Source of the DNA: an uncultured Gammaproteobacteria bacterium
Lineage (GTDB): Bacteria > Patescibacteriota > Patescibacteriia > SG8-24
Direction: 5' to 3'
DNA: 64,000 bases
NCBI GenBank assembly: GCA_964491475.1
Contig: CAZBFO010000004.1
Span: forward strand, 3,290-67,289
Shown here one piece after another: positions 1-11,282 of this stretch. The notes below the pieces were generated by a model that worked only from the letters and a program-made list of their open reading frames with translations, searched no databases and had not been told where the DNA came from. Position 1 is the stretch's first letter. Each line of letters begins with the position of its first letter. The position numbers and the translations under genes were made by a program.

Positions 1-265
1 CGAAGAAGCGCTTTTCGTCAACTAAAAGACCCCGCATGACGTCCAAGTTTTGGCTCTTTCCAGTCGGACCCTGCCTCGGCAGTGCCGAGAGCGCGTCGGG
101 CGCCTGGTTCGGCCTCGAGTAGGTTCAGGTGAACCGCCCAAGGACGAGCTTCCGCGTCCGGCAACAGGTCGCTGGAATTCTCTGGCGTCCGCCACAGCGG
201 CCGCCAATAGCGAATCCCTCCAAACAAAGAGTGTCCCAAAACTTTTTCGTGTGCGAGGCCTACCT

Positions 266-293
266 AAAAGGTATCTCCGTTTGGAGATACCTT
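266..293 (-). terminator. Intrinsic terminator downstream of the glutamine amidotransferase gene
   Basis: Perfect 11-bp stem AAGGTATCTCC-GTTT-GGAGATACCTT ending in a short T run on the minus strand. Confidence 0.65.
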
Positions 294-326
294 CAAGGGT
301 CGTTGGTGGATAGGCTGTGTACTTCC

Positions 327-1076
327 CTATCGCTGCAGCACCACGCGGTCGATGAAGCGTTCGAGAATGGCTTCAGCGTCGGGCGACTCCTGCAGTTTTG
401 CCGCGATCGCGTCTGCGGCGGCCTTCTGTGACGGGTCCTGTTGGACGCGCAGCGCCAGGCCGCGCTCGTAATCCGCCTTGCTGCGCTCCGGATGGAACTG
501 CACGCCGTAGACGTCGGTGCCAGGAATGGCGAAGGCCTGCACGGGACACAATTCGCTGAATGCCAGCACCACGGCGCCGGCCGGCGGCGCGGTGATGCAG
601 TCATGGTGCGCGCATTGCGCCTTGAAGGTGAACGGCGCGTCGGCGAACAGCAGATCGGTGAAGGAGTCGTCGGAGGTGGTGATGTCGTAAGTGCCGCGCT
701 CCTCCTTGGCGTGGTCGCGCACGACCTTGCCGCCGAAGATGTGGGCCAGAAACTGCGCGCCGAAGCAGATGCCGAGGACGGGAATCTTCTTGGCGCGCGC
801 CGCTTTGGCCACCTCGGCCAGCGCTGCACCGTTTGGCATTTCTTCCCAAACGGATTTCTTCGAGCCTCCGATGACCAGCGCGTGGACGCCATCGAGCATC
901 GACAGGGTCGGTGCGGTGTCGTGCACGTTGACGAAGCGCATCTGCTGTTCCGTCAGCTTGAAGGCGCGAAGGAACGAATCGACGTCGATTCGTTGCGCTT
1001 CTTCCGTATCATTGAACAGGAACGCCAGTACCTTCACCCGTTCCCGCGACATTCCCATAGCCATAGCGATCGGCAT
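327..1076 (-). CDS. Type 1 (class I) glutamine amidotransferase, GMP-synthase-like, stand-alone
   Basis: Nucleophile elbow LGICFGAQ and YGVQFHPE catalytic His-x-Glu; start may lie a few codons downstream. Confidence 0.88.
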   Translation of the reverse strand: MPIAMAMGMSRERVKVLAFLFNDTEEAQRIDVDSFLRAFKLTEQQMRFVNVHDTAPTLSMLDGVHALVIGGSKKSVWEEMPNGAALAEVAKAARAKKIPVLGICFGAQFLAHIFGGKVVRDHAKEERGTYDITTSDDSFTDLLFADAPFTFKAQCAHHDCITAPPAGAVVLAFSELCPVQAFAIPGTDVYGVQFHPERSKADYERGLALRVQQDPSQKAAADAIAAKLQESPDAEAILERFIDRVVLQR

Positions 1077-1086
1077 CTCTGCGCGG

Positions 1087-1569
1087 TTACTTGTTGTTGG
1101 GAGCGTTGACCGGCGCAGGAGCCTTCACGTCGCCGTAGCTGCAGCCTGCGGCCCGCGCGAGATCCTCGAGCGTCTGCTCGCCGGTCTTCTCGGTACCGTC
1201 GGCGAATCGCCAGGTCGGATAGCCCTTGATGTTGTTGTCCTTGCATATCTGGGTCTGCTGGCTGTTGTCGCCGGGGACCGCGCACTCCACGTAAGCGACG
1301 TTCTTGAATGCTGCCGTGCCGAAGTCCTTCTTCTGCTGCGCGCAGTGGGGACACCACGAAGCGCCGAACATCTTCACGCCCTTTTCGGTGAGGCATTGCG
1401 CGAGCGCGACCTTGTCGTCTCCGTTCGAAGCAGCGCTGCCGCCCTCCTGCTTACCCGTATCTTCGGCAGGCTTGCTGGCCAGCTTGGCAACGACAAGACC
1501 GCCGAGCACGATGACGACTGCCGCGACGACGAGGGTAGCATTGCTGATTTTTGGTTTGCCTGGAGCCAT
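1087..1569 (-). CDS. Membrane-anchored thioredoxin/glutaredoxin-like protein
   Basis: N-terminal TM helix, FGASWCPHC redox motif, YVEC...C..GYPTW; start trimmed to ATG at 1569. Confidence 0.85.
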   Translation of the reverse strand: MAPGKPKISNATLVVAAVVIVLGGLVVAKLASKPAEDTGKQEGGSAASNGDDKVALAQCLTEKGVKMFGASWCPHCAQQKKDFGTAAFKNVAYVECAVPGDNSQQTQICKDNNIKGYPTWRFADGTEKTGEQTLEDLARAAGCSYGDVKAPAPVNAPNNK

Positions 1570-1624
1570 AAAAAAGAAGTGATTGATAAGGATTTTATAA
1601 CATGTACTACGCCGTAAAGACAAG

Positions 1625-1740
1625 AAAAGGTGCCAGGGTTCGCAACTCGAAACAGTTCGAGGTCGCCAACGCTGACACCTGCTCAAAGAGGAGAAAAATT
1701 ATCCTCAACCAAGGAACCATGCTCACGACAAAGCATGGTT
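1625..1740 (-). ncRNA. Candidate small RNA or short transcription unit
   Basis: Promoter TTGCGA-16-TAGCAT with extended TG at 1768-1741; about 24-bp imperfect hairpin 1628-1680 followed by a T tract. Confidence 0.3.
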
Positions 1741-1786
1741 ATGCTAGCACCGTGCTAGGCACTCGCAAGGGCAAATCTGTGGATAG

Positions 1787-1813
1787 AAAAATGCGACGCG
1801 TGCGCGTCGCATT
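1787..1813 (-). terminator. ndk terminator
   Basis: ATGCGACGCG-TG-CGCGTCGCAT stem plus T run on the minus strand directly after the ndk stop. Confidence 0.75.
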
Positions 1814-1818
1814 CCGGA

Positions 1819-2316
1819 CTACTTCTTGATGGTGAACTTGGTGTACGAAGGCGCGTGACTGACCAATTCCTCTGGCTTGAACCAGACGCCGACTTCCACC
1901 GGAGCCTCTTCCACCGAACCGGAGGCATGGATCAGGTTGAACACGCCGATGTTGTTGGCGTCCGCGTACTTGAACGAGACATGGGCGTAGTCGCCGCGGA
2001 TGGTGCCGGGAGCGGCCGACTTGGGCTCGGTGGCGCCGACCATCTTGCGGACCACTTCGACGATCTCGATGCCCTCGAGGACGATGGCCACGATGGGTCC
2101 GGAGGTGATCATGTCGACCATCAGCTCGCGGACCTTTTCGCCGCGGCGCTGGGCCAGGTCGTCGGTGTAGTGCTGCTTGGCGGTGTCCTTCTCGGACACC
2201 AATAGCTTCATGCCGACGATGGACGCACCGACGCGCTCGAAGCGCGTGATGATTTCTCCGATGATGCCGCGCTCGAGCGCGTCGGGCTTGAGCAGGACGA
2301 GTGTGCGCTGAATCAT
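1819..2316 (-). CDS. ndk: Nucleoside diphosphate kinase
   Basis: MIQRTLVLLKPDA, GATEPKSAAPGTIRGDY, NLIHASGS; start trimmed to 2316. Confidence 0.95.
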   Translation of the reverse strand: MIQRTLVLLKPDALERGIIGEIITRFERVGASIVGMKLLVSEKDTAKQHYTDDLAQRRGEKVRELMVDMITSGPIVAIVLEGIEIVEVVRKMVGATEPKSAAPGTIRGDYAHVSFKYADANNIGVFNLIHASGSVEEAPVEVGVWFKPEELVSHAPSYTKFTIKK

Positions 2317-2479
2317 ATATGCAGTGCGGTTTCGTTGGATAAGTTTGACCCGAGTATACGCAAAAGCGCCGAATCGTTCAAGGGCGTCGGCCCGACGCAC
2401 CGGCGTTGACAAACCTTCCGGTTTGCGGCATTCTTGGCGGTCGCATTCTCGCGACGACAAGACTACAAGGAGTTCATCA

Positions 2480-3100
2480 ATGCGGAAATCGTTCGTTTTC
2501 CTGGCCAGCCTGGCCGCAGCCGTGCCGTGCGCCTCGACCGCCGCTGCCGACACCGCGTTCAACGTCGAGCCGATCGTGGCGCTGGAATCGACCAAACAAG
2601 CCGACCCCTCCGTCGAGGGATCGCTAGCGCACGTCTTTCAGGACTCCAAGTTCGGCGTGTCCGGCTTCTGGTGGGTCACGAAGGATTGGGCAGAGTTCCA
2701 CGGCGGCCCCACCTACGCATTCGCCTCCTGGCTGACGCTGGGCGCGGACCTAGGCGTGGAACAGGACGGTCAGAACGGCCTAGGAGGCCGCTATGCGGTC
2801 AACGCCTGGATCAGCAAAGGCGACTTCTCCGCCTCCGGCTGCTTTGAGTGGGGCAAGCCGGTCATGCGCGGCGAATGGAGCAACGCCTGGTACGATGCCC
2901 AGATCACCTACACGCCGTTCGCCCGCTTCACCGGCGGCGCGCGTGCGCGTCGGGCCATCGGCATCGGCCCCTACGTGCAGGTCAACGTGCCCGAGGTGAA
3001 CACCAAGCTGTGGCTGCTATGGGCCGCTGCCGATCCGGGACGACCCCCCGCTCCCCCGTTCTCCTCGGCGTTGTTCGGACTGACCTTCGAGTTCAAGTGA
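2480..3100 (+). CDS. Secreted protein with a beta-barrel-like alternating pattern
   Basis: AAGGAG SD, signal peptide MRKSFVFLASLAAAVPCASTAAA-D, Trp/Gly/aromatic-rich amphipathic strands, C-terminus LFGLTFEFK. Confidence 0.7.
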   Translation: MRKSFVFLASLAAAVPCASTAAADTAFNVEPIVALESTKQADPSVEGSLAHVFQDSKFGVSGFWWVTKDWAEFHGGPTYAFASWLTLGADLGVEQDGQNGLGGRYAVNAWISKGDFSASGCFEWGKPVMRGEWSNAWYDAQITYTPFARFTGGARARRAIGIGPYVQVNVPEVNTKLWLLWAAADPGRPPAPPFSSALFGLTFEFK

Positions 3101-3104
3101 CGGC

Positions 3105-3128
3105 ACCGGCGCTTTGCGCCGGTTTTTT
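3105..3128 (+). terminator. Intrinsic terminator
   Basis: ACCGGCGC-TTT-GCGCCGGT-TTTTT. Confidence 0.75.
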
Positions 3129-3999
3129 ATTTGTCCGTTTTCTCCACGTGCGCTTCATCCTTCCCGACAACCACGCGGACGCTACCGTCCTTGTCGGTCC
3201 GGTACGCCTTGGCACCGACCGCCCGTAAGCGTAACAGCGTGACCGGCGCAGGGTGGCCGAACTTGTTCTTCGCGCCAAGCGACATGATCGCTTCCTGCGG
3301 ACGCACCGCGCGAAGAAACTCCGGAGAGCTGGAGGTGCGGCTCCCGTGATGTCCGACCTTCAGCACGTCGGCCGCCAATGGCACCCCAGATGACAGAAGC
3401 GCTTTCTCGACCGCTGCCGTGGCGTCGCCCATAAGCAGGATGGCGGCGCGTGCGGAAGACGCCTTCTCTGCCGTCACGCGCAGCACGACCGATTCGGTGT
3501 TGGCGTCCTTGGTGATGACTTCCGGAAAACGTCGGTTGGGCCAGAGCACGTCGGCACGTCCGCAGCCGGAGACGTCGATGCTGTCGCCGTCGTGCACGAC
3601 GGACGTCTGCGCTCCTGACGCGCGAACGGCAGCCAGAAGCGCCCGGTATTCCGGCGTGTCGGATGCCCCCCCGGAAGTGTAGAAGTGCAGCACGCGATAG
3701 CGCCCGAACACGCCGATGAGCCCGAAGTAATGGTCGGCGTGCGGATGGGTGAGCACGACTGCCTCGATGGTGCGGTCGAAGAACGGCATGGCCTGCCCAA
3801 GCCGGGAAAGCACGGTGTCGTCCGGCCCGCCGTCGACCAGAAGTTGCCGGTTGCCGCATTGCAGCAGAATGGCGTCGCCTTGGCCGACGTCAAACACGGT
3901 GGCGGTGAACCTACGGTCGGGCAGGACAAGGACGGCGAGCAGCGCCAGCGCTGCCGCTACGATCACGAGACGAATTGCGAAGATGATGTTGCGTTTCAT
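3127..3999 (-). CDS. ComEC C-terminal metallo-beta-lactamase-fold protein
   Basis: FDVGQGDA, LVDGG, THPHADH, KVGHHGSRTSS, FGHP motifs; ATGA overlap with the upstream ComEC gene. Confidence 0.92.
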   Translation of the reverse strand: MKRNIIFAIRLVIVAAALALLAVLVLPDRRFTATVFDVGQGDAILLQCGNRQLLVDGGPDDTVLSRLGQAMPFFDRTIEAVVLTHPHADHYFGLIGVFGRYRVLHFYTSGGASDTPEYRALLAAVRASGAQTSVVHDGDSIDVSGCGRADVLWPNRRFPEVITKDANTESVVLRVTAEKASSARAAILLMGDATAAVEKALLSSGVPLAADVLKVGHHGSRTSSSPEFLRAVRPQEAIMSLGAKNKFGHPAPVTLLRLRAVGAKAYRTDKDGSVRVVVGKDEAHVEKTDK

Positions 4000-5498
4000 A
4001 GTTCCCGTTTGCGCAGCGCAAGCCGCAATAAGATAAGTATCGCCGCCATCGCCAAAGATTCGGCAGCGGTCGTTTGGAGATGCATCGGCGGCATCAGCGC
4101 CGCGCCGGTCGCGGCGAAGAAGCGCATCGCCTTCGTGGCCGCTGCCGTCGCCAACGCGAAGGGCAGTCCGAGCGGCGACCACAGTGCCCCCAATGCCAGG
4201 GTCAGCGCACCTGTCGCCGTGGCCAAAGGCACCAGCGGCACGATCAGCATGTTCACCGGCAATGCCGCGATCGGGAGCAAGCCAAAATCGTGCAGCTCGA
4301 TGGGCAACGTGGCGACCGTCGCCGACAAAGTCTCCGCGCAGGCGGAACGGATGCCGAAAGATTCCGGCAGCCAACCGAGACGCTTGGCAAACGGTTTTCC
4401 GAAGGCACGCATGCCGACCACCGCCGCAAAGGACAGCCTGAAGCCGACGTCGCTCGCGGCGGCAAGCGGATCCAGCGCCAGCATTACCGCCGCGACCAGC
4501 AAAAGCGGCTGCCAGCCGGCATTGCGGCGCCCAAGCAGCGAAGCCGCCACGGCCGCGCCGCCCATCAGCGCGGCGCGAACCGCAGGGGCGCCTGCACCGG
4601 ACAGCAGCGCGAATACGGTCACGAACGCCGCCACCGCGACCGCCGCCGACTTCCGCCGCAAAAGGCAGAACGCGAACAGGCCAAAGGCGAAGTTGGCCAC
4701 GAGCGACACGTTGTAGCCGGACACTGCCAGCACATGCGACGTGCCCGTGGCGCGAAAGTCGCCCACGACCTCTCGCGGCACGCCGCCGGTGTCACCGATG
4801 AGCAGGCCCAGTACGAACGACGCGTCAGGTTCGGGAATCAGCCCATAGATGACGGAGCGAATGCCGTTTTTGAAACCCAGCAGCCCGTTTGCGAAGCCGT
4901 TGCGGCCCTGCGCCGTGACCGTCGGCGGCGACCGCGGAGCGCAGTGCCAAACGTTTGGCACACCTCGGGCGGCCGTCATTCCCTCCTGCGGAAATACCTT
5001 GCAGGTCCAGGTCAGTACGTCGCCGATTGCGGCATCTGGAGCGCGTGACAGGGTCAGTGCGAATTCGCCGTCCACGCTTTTGCGGCCGCCGGCGTATCCT
5101 TGCCCGAATGCGCCCGCATCGGGAAAAACGAAAACGCGATCCATCACGATGGTCGCGCCCTTGACCGTCAATTTCGGTTCCCGTGCAAGACGGCCCTCGT
5201 ATCGTGCCTGCCAACGCGGCGGTTCCGTCGCCGAACCTGGGGCGGAAACGGATGCGTCGAACCGGGCGACCCCTGCAGTTGCTGCGGCAATCAGCAAAAT
5301 CGGGAATCGTACCCTCGGCATGCCTCGCCAAACCGCTGCGGTTGCGAACAGCGCCAGCGCCGCGGGACCGAGCATTTCCGGCACGCTCCATCGCCTGACG
5401 TCCCAACTGTGCAGCAACACGGCCGCAACGAAGGCCGAAGCGGTCAGCAGCAGCGTTTTTGACGGCGAGGCGGAGAGACGGTCGTAGGTGGCGGGCAT
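3996..5498 (-). CDS. comEC: ComEC/Rec2 competence channel protein (membrane part)
   Basis: FRATGTSHVLAVSGYNV, AVRAALM, GFRLSFAAV, NMLIVP motifs; start trimmed to 5498. Confidence 0.92.
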   Translation of the reverse strand: MPATYDRLSASPSKTLLLTASAFVAAVLLHSWDVRRWSVPEMLGPAALALFATAAVWRGMPRVRFPILLIAAATAGVARFDASVSAPGSATEPPRWQARYEGRLAREPKLTVKGATIVMDRVFVFPDAGAFGQGYAGGRKSVDGEFALTLSRAPDAAIGDVLTWTCKVFPQEGMTAARGVPNVWHCAPRSPPTVTAQGRNGFANGLLGFKNGIRSVIYGLIPEPDASFVLGLLIGDTGGVPREVVGDFRATGTSHVLAVSGYNVSLVANFAFGLFAFCLLRRKSAAVAVAAFVTVFALLSGAGAPAVRAALMGGAAVAASLLGRRNAGWQPLLLVAAVMLALDPLAAASDVGFRLSFAAVVGMRAFGKPFAKRLGWLPESFGIRSACAETLSATVATLPIELHDFGLLPIAALPVNMLIVPLVPLATATGALTLALGALWSPLGLPFALATAAATKAMRFFAATGAALMPPMHLQTTAAESLAMAAILILLRLALRKREL

Positions 5499-5544
5499 AG
5501 CCGCCACCGCATACCATGCCGCCGGAAAAACATGCAAGCGCAAC

Positions 5545-5570
5545 AAAAAAGCCCCGCGTGTTGCGGGGCT
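5545..5570 (-). terminator. Terminator of the lipoprotein gene 5579-6010
   Basis: GCCCCGC stem with a 6-A run on the plus strand (T tract on minus). Confidence 0.75.
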
Positions 5571-5578
5571 CGCCATGG

Positions 5579-6010
5579 TCAGCGCGGCGAAGATGAGCTG
5601 GGTGCCGCTGCCGGAGAACCGGGCAGGACATATTCGCCGCGCGCGGGATCGTAGGCGCGCGTGCGAATTGCCGTGCAAGTCTCGCGGGTCAGGCCGACCT
5701 CGCGGTAGGCGGTCTCCCAGTCGCCGCCCATCACCTGAACCCGATTGTACATGTTGGAGAGATGGACCAGATGGCCGCTGCGCTCGCTGGTCCAGTAGAT
5801 GCCGTCCGAGTGCTCCTCGTTGGAGATCGAGACGTTGTGCAGCTCCCAGCAGCGAAACGGCTTGCCGGTGTTGTCCATCTGGACGACGACCCAGTCGGCG
5901 CCGAAGCTCTGCGCGCTGCATGACGAGCAGTCGCGCTGAAATCCCGCGCAGCCGACGAGCAGAAGGCCGAACACTACGGTGCCCAGGCGGGAAATGAACG
6001 GTTTTTTCAC
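5579..6010 (-). CDS. Hypothetical lipoprotein
   Basis: GTG start with AAGGAG SD; lipobox LLVG-C; TTGACG promoter upstream. Confidence 0.7.
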   Translation of the reverse strand: MKKPFISRLGTVVFGLLLVGCAGFQRDCSSCSAQSFGADWVVVQMDNTGKPFRCWELHNVSISNEEHSDGIYWTSERSGHLVHLSNMYNRVQVMGGDWETAYREVGLTRETCTAIRTRAYDPARGEYVLPGSPAAAPSSSSPR

Positions 6011-6117
6011 GATGTTCTCCTTGTGACGCGGCGCATCCCTCCTTGATGAGGAAAGCTGCCGGACACGAGAAGCTACCAAGAAAAGGCGCTTCCGTCAAGA
6101 CCCGCAGGACCGCAACG

Positions 6118-6495
6118 TCAGAAATGTCGCGGCGGCGCATGGCGCGCAGGCGGCACATGCCTGCGTGACGGCGGCGAGTAATGGTGGCGATGATGCCACG
6201 GCGGCGGATAGCCATGGCGATACCCCCAGGTAATGCCCGGCCGATGCACGTAGACGCCGCCGGTGTAGACGTAGTAGCCGTAGTACGGACCGGTCACCCA
6301 ACGGCAGTTCGGGTACCAGATGCCGTCGGCCCAGCAGCCGCCGTCGGGGTAGGTGTAGACGTAGCCGGGCGTGACCACGTAGACCGGGCGCGGCGGTTCC
6401 GGTTCGACCACGATGCTCGAGGTTTCCGAGACGAGGCAGCCGGCCGAAAGCACGGCCAAAGCCGCAAAAAGGAGTACTGGCGAAAGGCTTCTCAT
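6118..6495 (-). CDS. Pro/Tyr/Gly/His-rich hypothetical lipoprotein
   Basis: GGAGG SD; lipobox LSAG-C; low-complexity aromatic/proline-rich mature part. Confidence 0.7.
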   Translation of the reverse strand: MRSLSPVLLFAALAVLSAGCLVSETSSIVVEPEPPRPVYVVTPGYVYTYPDGGCWADGIWYPNCRWVTGPYYGYYVYTGGVYVHRPGITWGYRHGYPPPWHHRHHYSPPSRRHVPPARHAPPRHF

Positions 6496-6584
6496 GAAAA
6501 CGCCTCCGCAACCACCGTACAGGTTTTTGGGGGAAAAGCAATCCTGCCGGCATACGAAAAATGACCGCGCCGTTCGCGGTCATC

Positions 6585-7304
6585 TTATCGTTCGTCCTCC
6601 CAGGTCATGCCCTGTTCGACGCTGAAGTCCTCGTGGTCGCAGGTCTCGTCGCTGGTGACCTCGCGGCGCACCACGCGGATGTGCCGCTGGCTGACGATGG
6701 GCGTCATGATCATCACCTCGGGGGTGAAGAAGGTCTTGGGCAGCCTGGCCGGCGCGTTCGACTTGGCCAGCCAGTGCGTGCCTTCGGGAAGATCGACGCG
6801 ACGATAGTGCGCCTTGAAGTCCTTGAGCGGGACGATGCTGTCCCAATACTTTTGGAAGGCGCCGCGGTAGCGGTCGAGCCCCGTCTGGTTGGCACCGATG
6901 AACGGAATCAGCGCGGAGATGAAGTCCATGTCGCCGACGTAGGCCTCTTCCGGATCGATCTGCAGTTCAAGAATGTAGCGCTCGCGGCGGAACGGGAAGC
7001 GCGGCGTCTCGTCGGTGGGCGTGGCGTAGACCGCACCGAGGCGGCTGACGCCGCGATCGACCAGCCGCTTGGGCCGGTGCCGGTCGAGCAGTTCCATTTC
7101 GGCGCGCATGTCGGGGTGGCGGGTTTCGGCGGGAGGGACCGACAAACCCTCGCGGATGATGCGCATGACCTCGTCGAGAGAGCATTCGCGATAGACCGAA
7201 ACGTAGTGCTTCGGCACGTCGGCAAGGCCGGTACCGAGCATGACGCTCCAGTCGATGGTCGCGCCATCGTAGGCGCTATACAAGCCGTCGGCTCGTTGTC
7301 CCAT
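6585..7304 (-). CDS. Hypothetical protein, possible ADP-ribosyltransferase-like fold
   Basis: Begins 8 nt after the leuS stop; protein-like composition; VYRECS..IIREGL..AVYATP..ILELQIDP pattern. Confidence 0.65.
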   Translation of the reverse strand: MGQRADGLYSAYDGATIDWSVMLGTGLADVPKHYVSVYRECSLDEVMRIIREGLSVPPAETRHPDMRAEMELLDRHRPKRLVDRGVSRLGAVYATPTDETPRFPFRRERYILELQIDPEEAYVGDMDFISALIPFIGANQTGLDRYRGAFQKYWDSIVPLKDFKAHYRRVDLPEGTHWLAKSNAPARLPKTFFTPEVMIMTPIVSQRHIRVVRREVTSDETCDHEDFSVEQGMTWEDER

Positions 7305-7312
7305 AGATGCTT

Positions 7313-9718
<2,406 letters not shown>

Positions 9719-9781
9719 AAAAGCGGTTCAAGAAACGTCATCTTTGCACCTTTGGCGTGAAAAGACCAGCCGATAGGCAGT

Positions 9782-10201
9782 TCAGCGTTTTCCTTGGTCG
9801 GAACGGTAGGTTTTGAAATCATTGCCATGCGCCATGTAGTGCAGCAGCTGCACGAATTCGATGAAGGCGCCGATCAGGAAACCGATTGCCGTAAAGAGGG
9901 CCAAAGTGGCTAGGACCGTCGGAAACAGGTCCTGAACGCGTTGCCCGATCAACCCCCACGAAGAGCTTATGCCGGCAAGCAGCCCGAGCGCCGTCCCCCA
10001 GAAGATCGACCACAGCCGTCGAGAATGCAGCAGGCCGGCGATGATGCCGAAGACGATCGCCAGCGGCGGCACCAAGGCCAAATCCGTCGTCGGGGTGCCC
10101 ACGTCGAGGCCGGCGACGGTCAAAATGACTGCTACCAGAGCCGTGGCGGCCAGTCCGGTCGCCGTGGGATTCCAATGCGCTTTGGCTTTATTCGCAGGCA
10201 T
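9782..10201 (-). CDS. Small 4-TM membrane protein
   Basis: Four hydrophobic helices; TGGTATACT extended -10 six nt before the ATG. Confidence 0.75.
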   Translation of the reverse strand: MPANKAKAHWNPTATGLAATALVAVILTVAGLDVGTPTTDLALVPPLAIVFGIIAGLLHSRRLWSIFWGTALGLLAGISSSWGLIGQRVQDLFPTVLATLALFTAIGFLIGAFIEFVQLLHYMAHGNDFKTYRSDQGKR

Positions 10202-10219
10202 AAGGCCAGTATACCATCA

Positions 10220-10248
10220 TTGACACGGCGCAGGCCGCACAGTACGGT
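10220..10248 (+). promoter_or_regulatory. sigma70-type promoter of the first beta-barrel gene
   Basis: TTGACA-17nt-TACGGT. Confidence 0.65.
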
Positions 10249-10293
10249 GCAACCGGCTCATTCTCAAGGCAAAAAACAAAGAAAGGTGCCGTT

Positions 10294-11127
10294 ATGAACG
10301 CACGCGCATGCCTCGCGTTCGCGGCAGCGATGCCGCTTTTGCTGCTGGCCTCCGAGGCCAAGGCCGACGAGGAGGACGCCCACGCCTTTTTCGAACGGAC
10401 GCACCCGGTGCGGTTCCGTTCGGGTTTCACCTATTCGTCTGCCAGCCACGAAGGGCTCGAGCTGCAACACGCCGACGCCTTCGTGGGCATTGGCTACGAC
10501 TGGTCGCGGCTGCTTTCGCTGCACGCCGACCTGCACTACGGCACGACGCGGTTCGCCTACAAGTCGAGCCTCGATGACAGCCTGGCGGTCGATGGACGCT
10601 TTTCGACCCCGCTGGACGTTTCGGGCTCCTCCGGCCTGACGCTGCATCTGATGCGGCAAAAGCCGTTCTGGGCAGATTTCGAAACGGAGTTCGAATCGTC
10701 GCTGTTCAACTCCGCGCCGAAAATCAGTTCGTTGAGCATCACTACGCCGCAAGGCGTCTTCGATGTCGCGCCGTACGCGCAACGGCAGACCACGCTCTCG
10801 ACGTCCTGGTACAGGTTGCGAGTCGGCACCGTCTTCGGCGCACGATTCGGACCGGTCGAACCGCAGCTGGGACTGGCGTTCGAGTACGTGCACGCCGCGA
10901 TGGACGTGAAGCTCAATGCCGACAGCCGCGACTCGCTCTCCATGCTCGGACACGACTCCGGCATGGTCGAGAACCCCCATTCGGCGGGATTCTTCCACGT
11001 GCTGCTGACGCCCGGCGTCGACCTTCACCTGGGAAAGCGTGACGCCATCGGCATCGGCGGATCGTTCGCTCCTGGCGCGAGCATCGACTCGTTCGGCGGA
11101 CAGCTGCTCTTCCGGCATCGGTTCTGA
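10294..11127 (+). CDS. Putative outer-membrane-type beta-barrel protein, paralog 1
   Basis: Signal peptide ending ASEAKA-D, amphipathic strands, C-terminal QLLFRHRF ending in Phe. Confidence 0.75.
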   Translation: MNARACLAFAAAMPLLLLASEAKADEEDAHAFFERTHPVRFRSGFTYSSASHEGLELQHADAFVGIGYDWSRLLSLHADLHYGTTRFAYKSSLDDSLAVDGRFSTPLDVSGSSGLTLHLMRQKPFWADFETEFESSLFNSAPKISSLSITTPQGVFDVAPYAQRQTTLSTSWYRLRVGTVFGARFGPVEPQLGLAFEYVHAAMDVKLNADSRDSLSMLGHDSGMVENPHSAGFFHVLLTPGVDLHLGKRDAIGIGGSFAPGASIDSFGGQLLFRHRF

Positions 11128-11130
11128 ACC

Positions 11131-11157
11131 GGCCCCGCTTCATGCGGGGCTTTTTTT
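11131..11157 (+). terminator. Intrinsic terminator
   Basis: GGCCCCGC-TTCAT-GCGGGGCT followed by a T run. Confidence 0.8.
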
Positions 11158-11282
11158 CTGCCGCCCGTTGACCTCCTCACGCCCCCTATGTACCGTATTC
11201 TCATAGTCCTTTGTCCGAACCCTCGGCCAGGCTACGCAGTCAAAATAGGCTCATTTCAGCCCAACCACAGTACCGAGGTTCA

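Noticed and set aside
1-260. Short ORFs at the window start
   Set aside because: None has convincing coding features; a minus-strand gene may begin near position 37 and run off the edge, but this cannot be supported
1628-1680. Imperfect long hairpin as an integron attC site
   Set aside because: Lacks RYYYAAC/GTTRRRY ends, no other copies seen, and no integron integrase in the window
1778-1786. DnaA-box-like 9-mer (CTATCCACA on the minus strand)
   Set aside because: Single imperfect box with no cluster or dnaA nearby; not evidence for oriC
3127-5498. Split comEC as a frameshifted pseudogene
   Set aside because: ATGA stop-start coupling and a separate N-terminal membrane anchor on the MBL gene indicate a genuine two-gene arrangement
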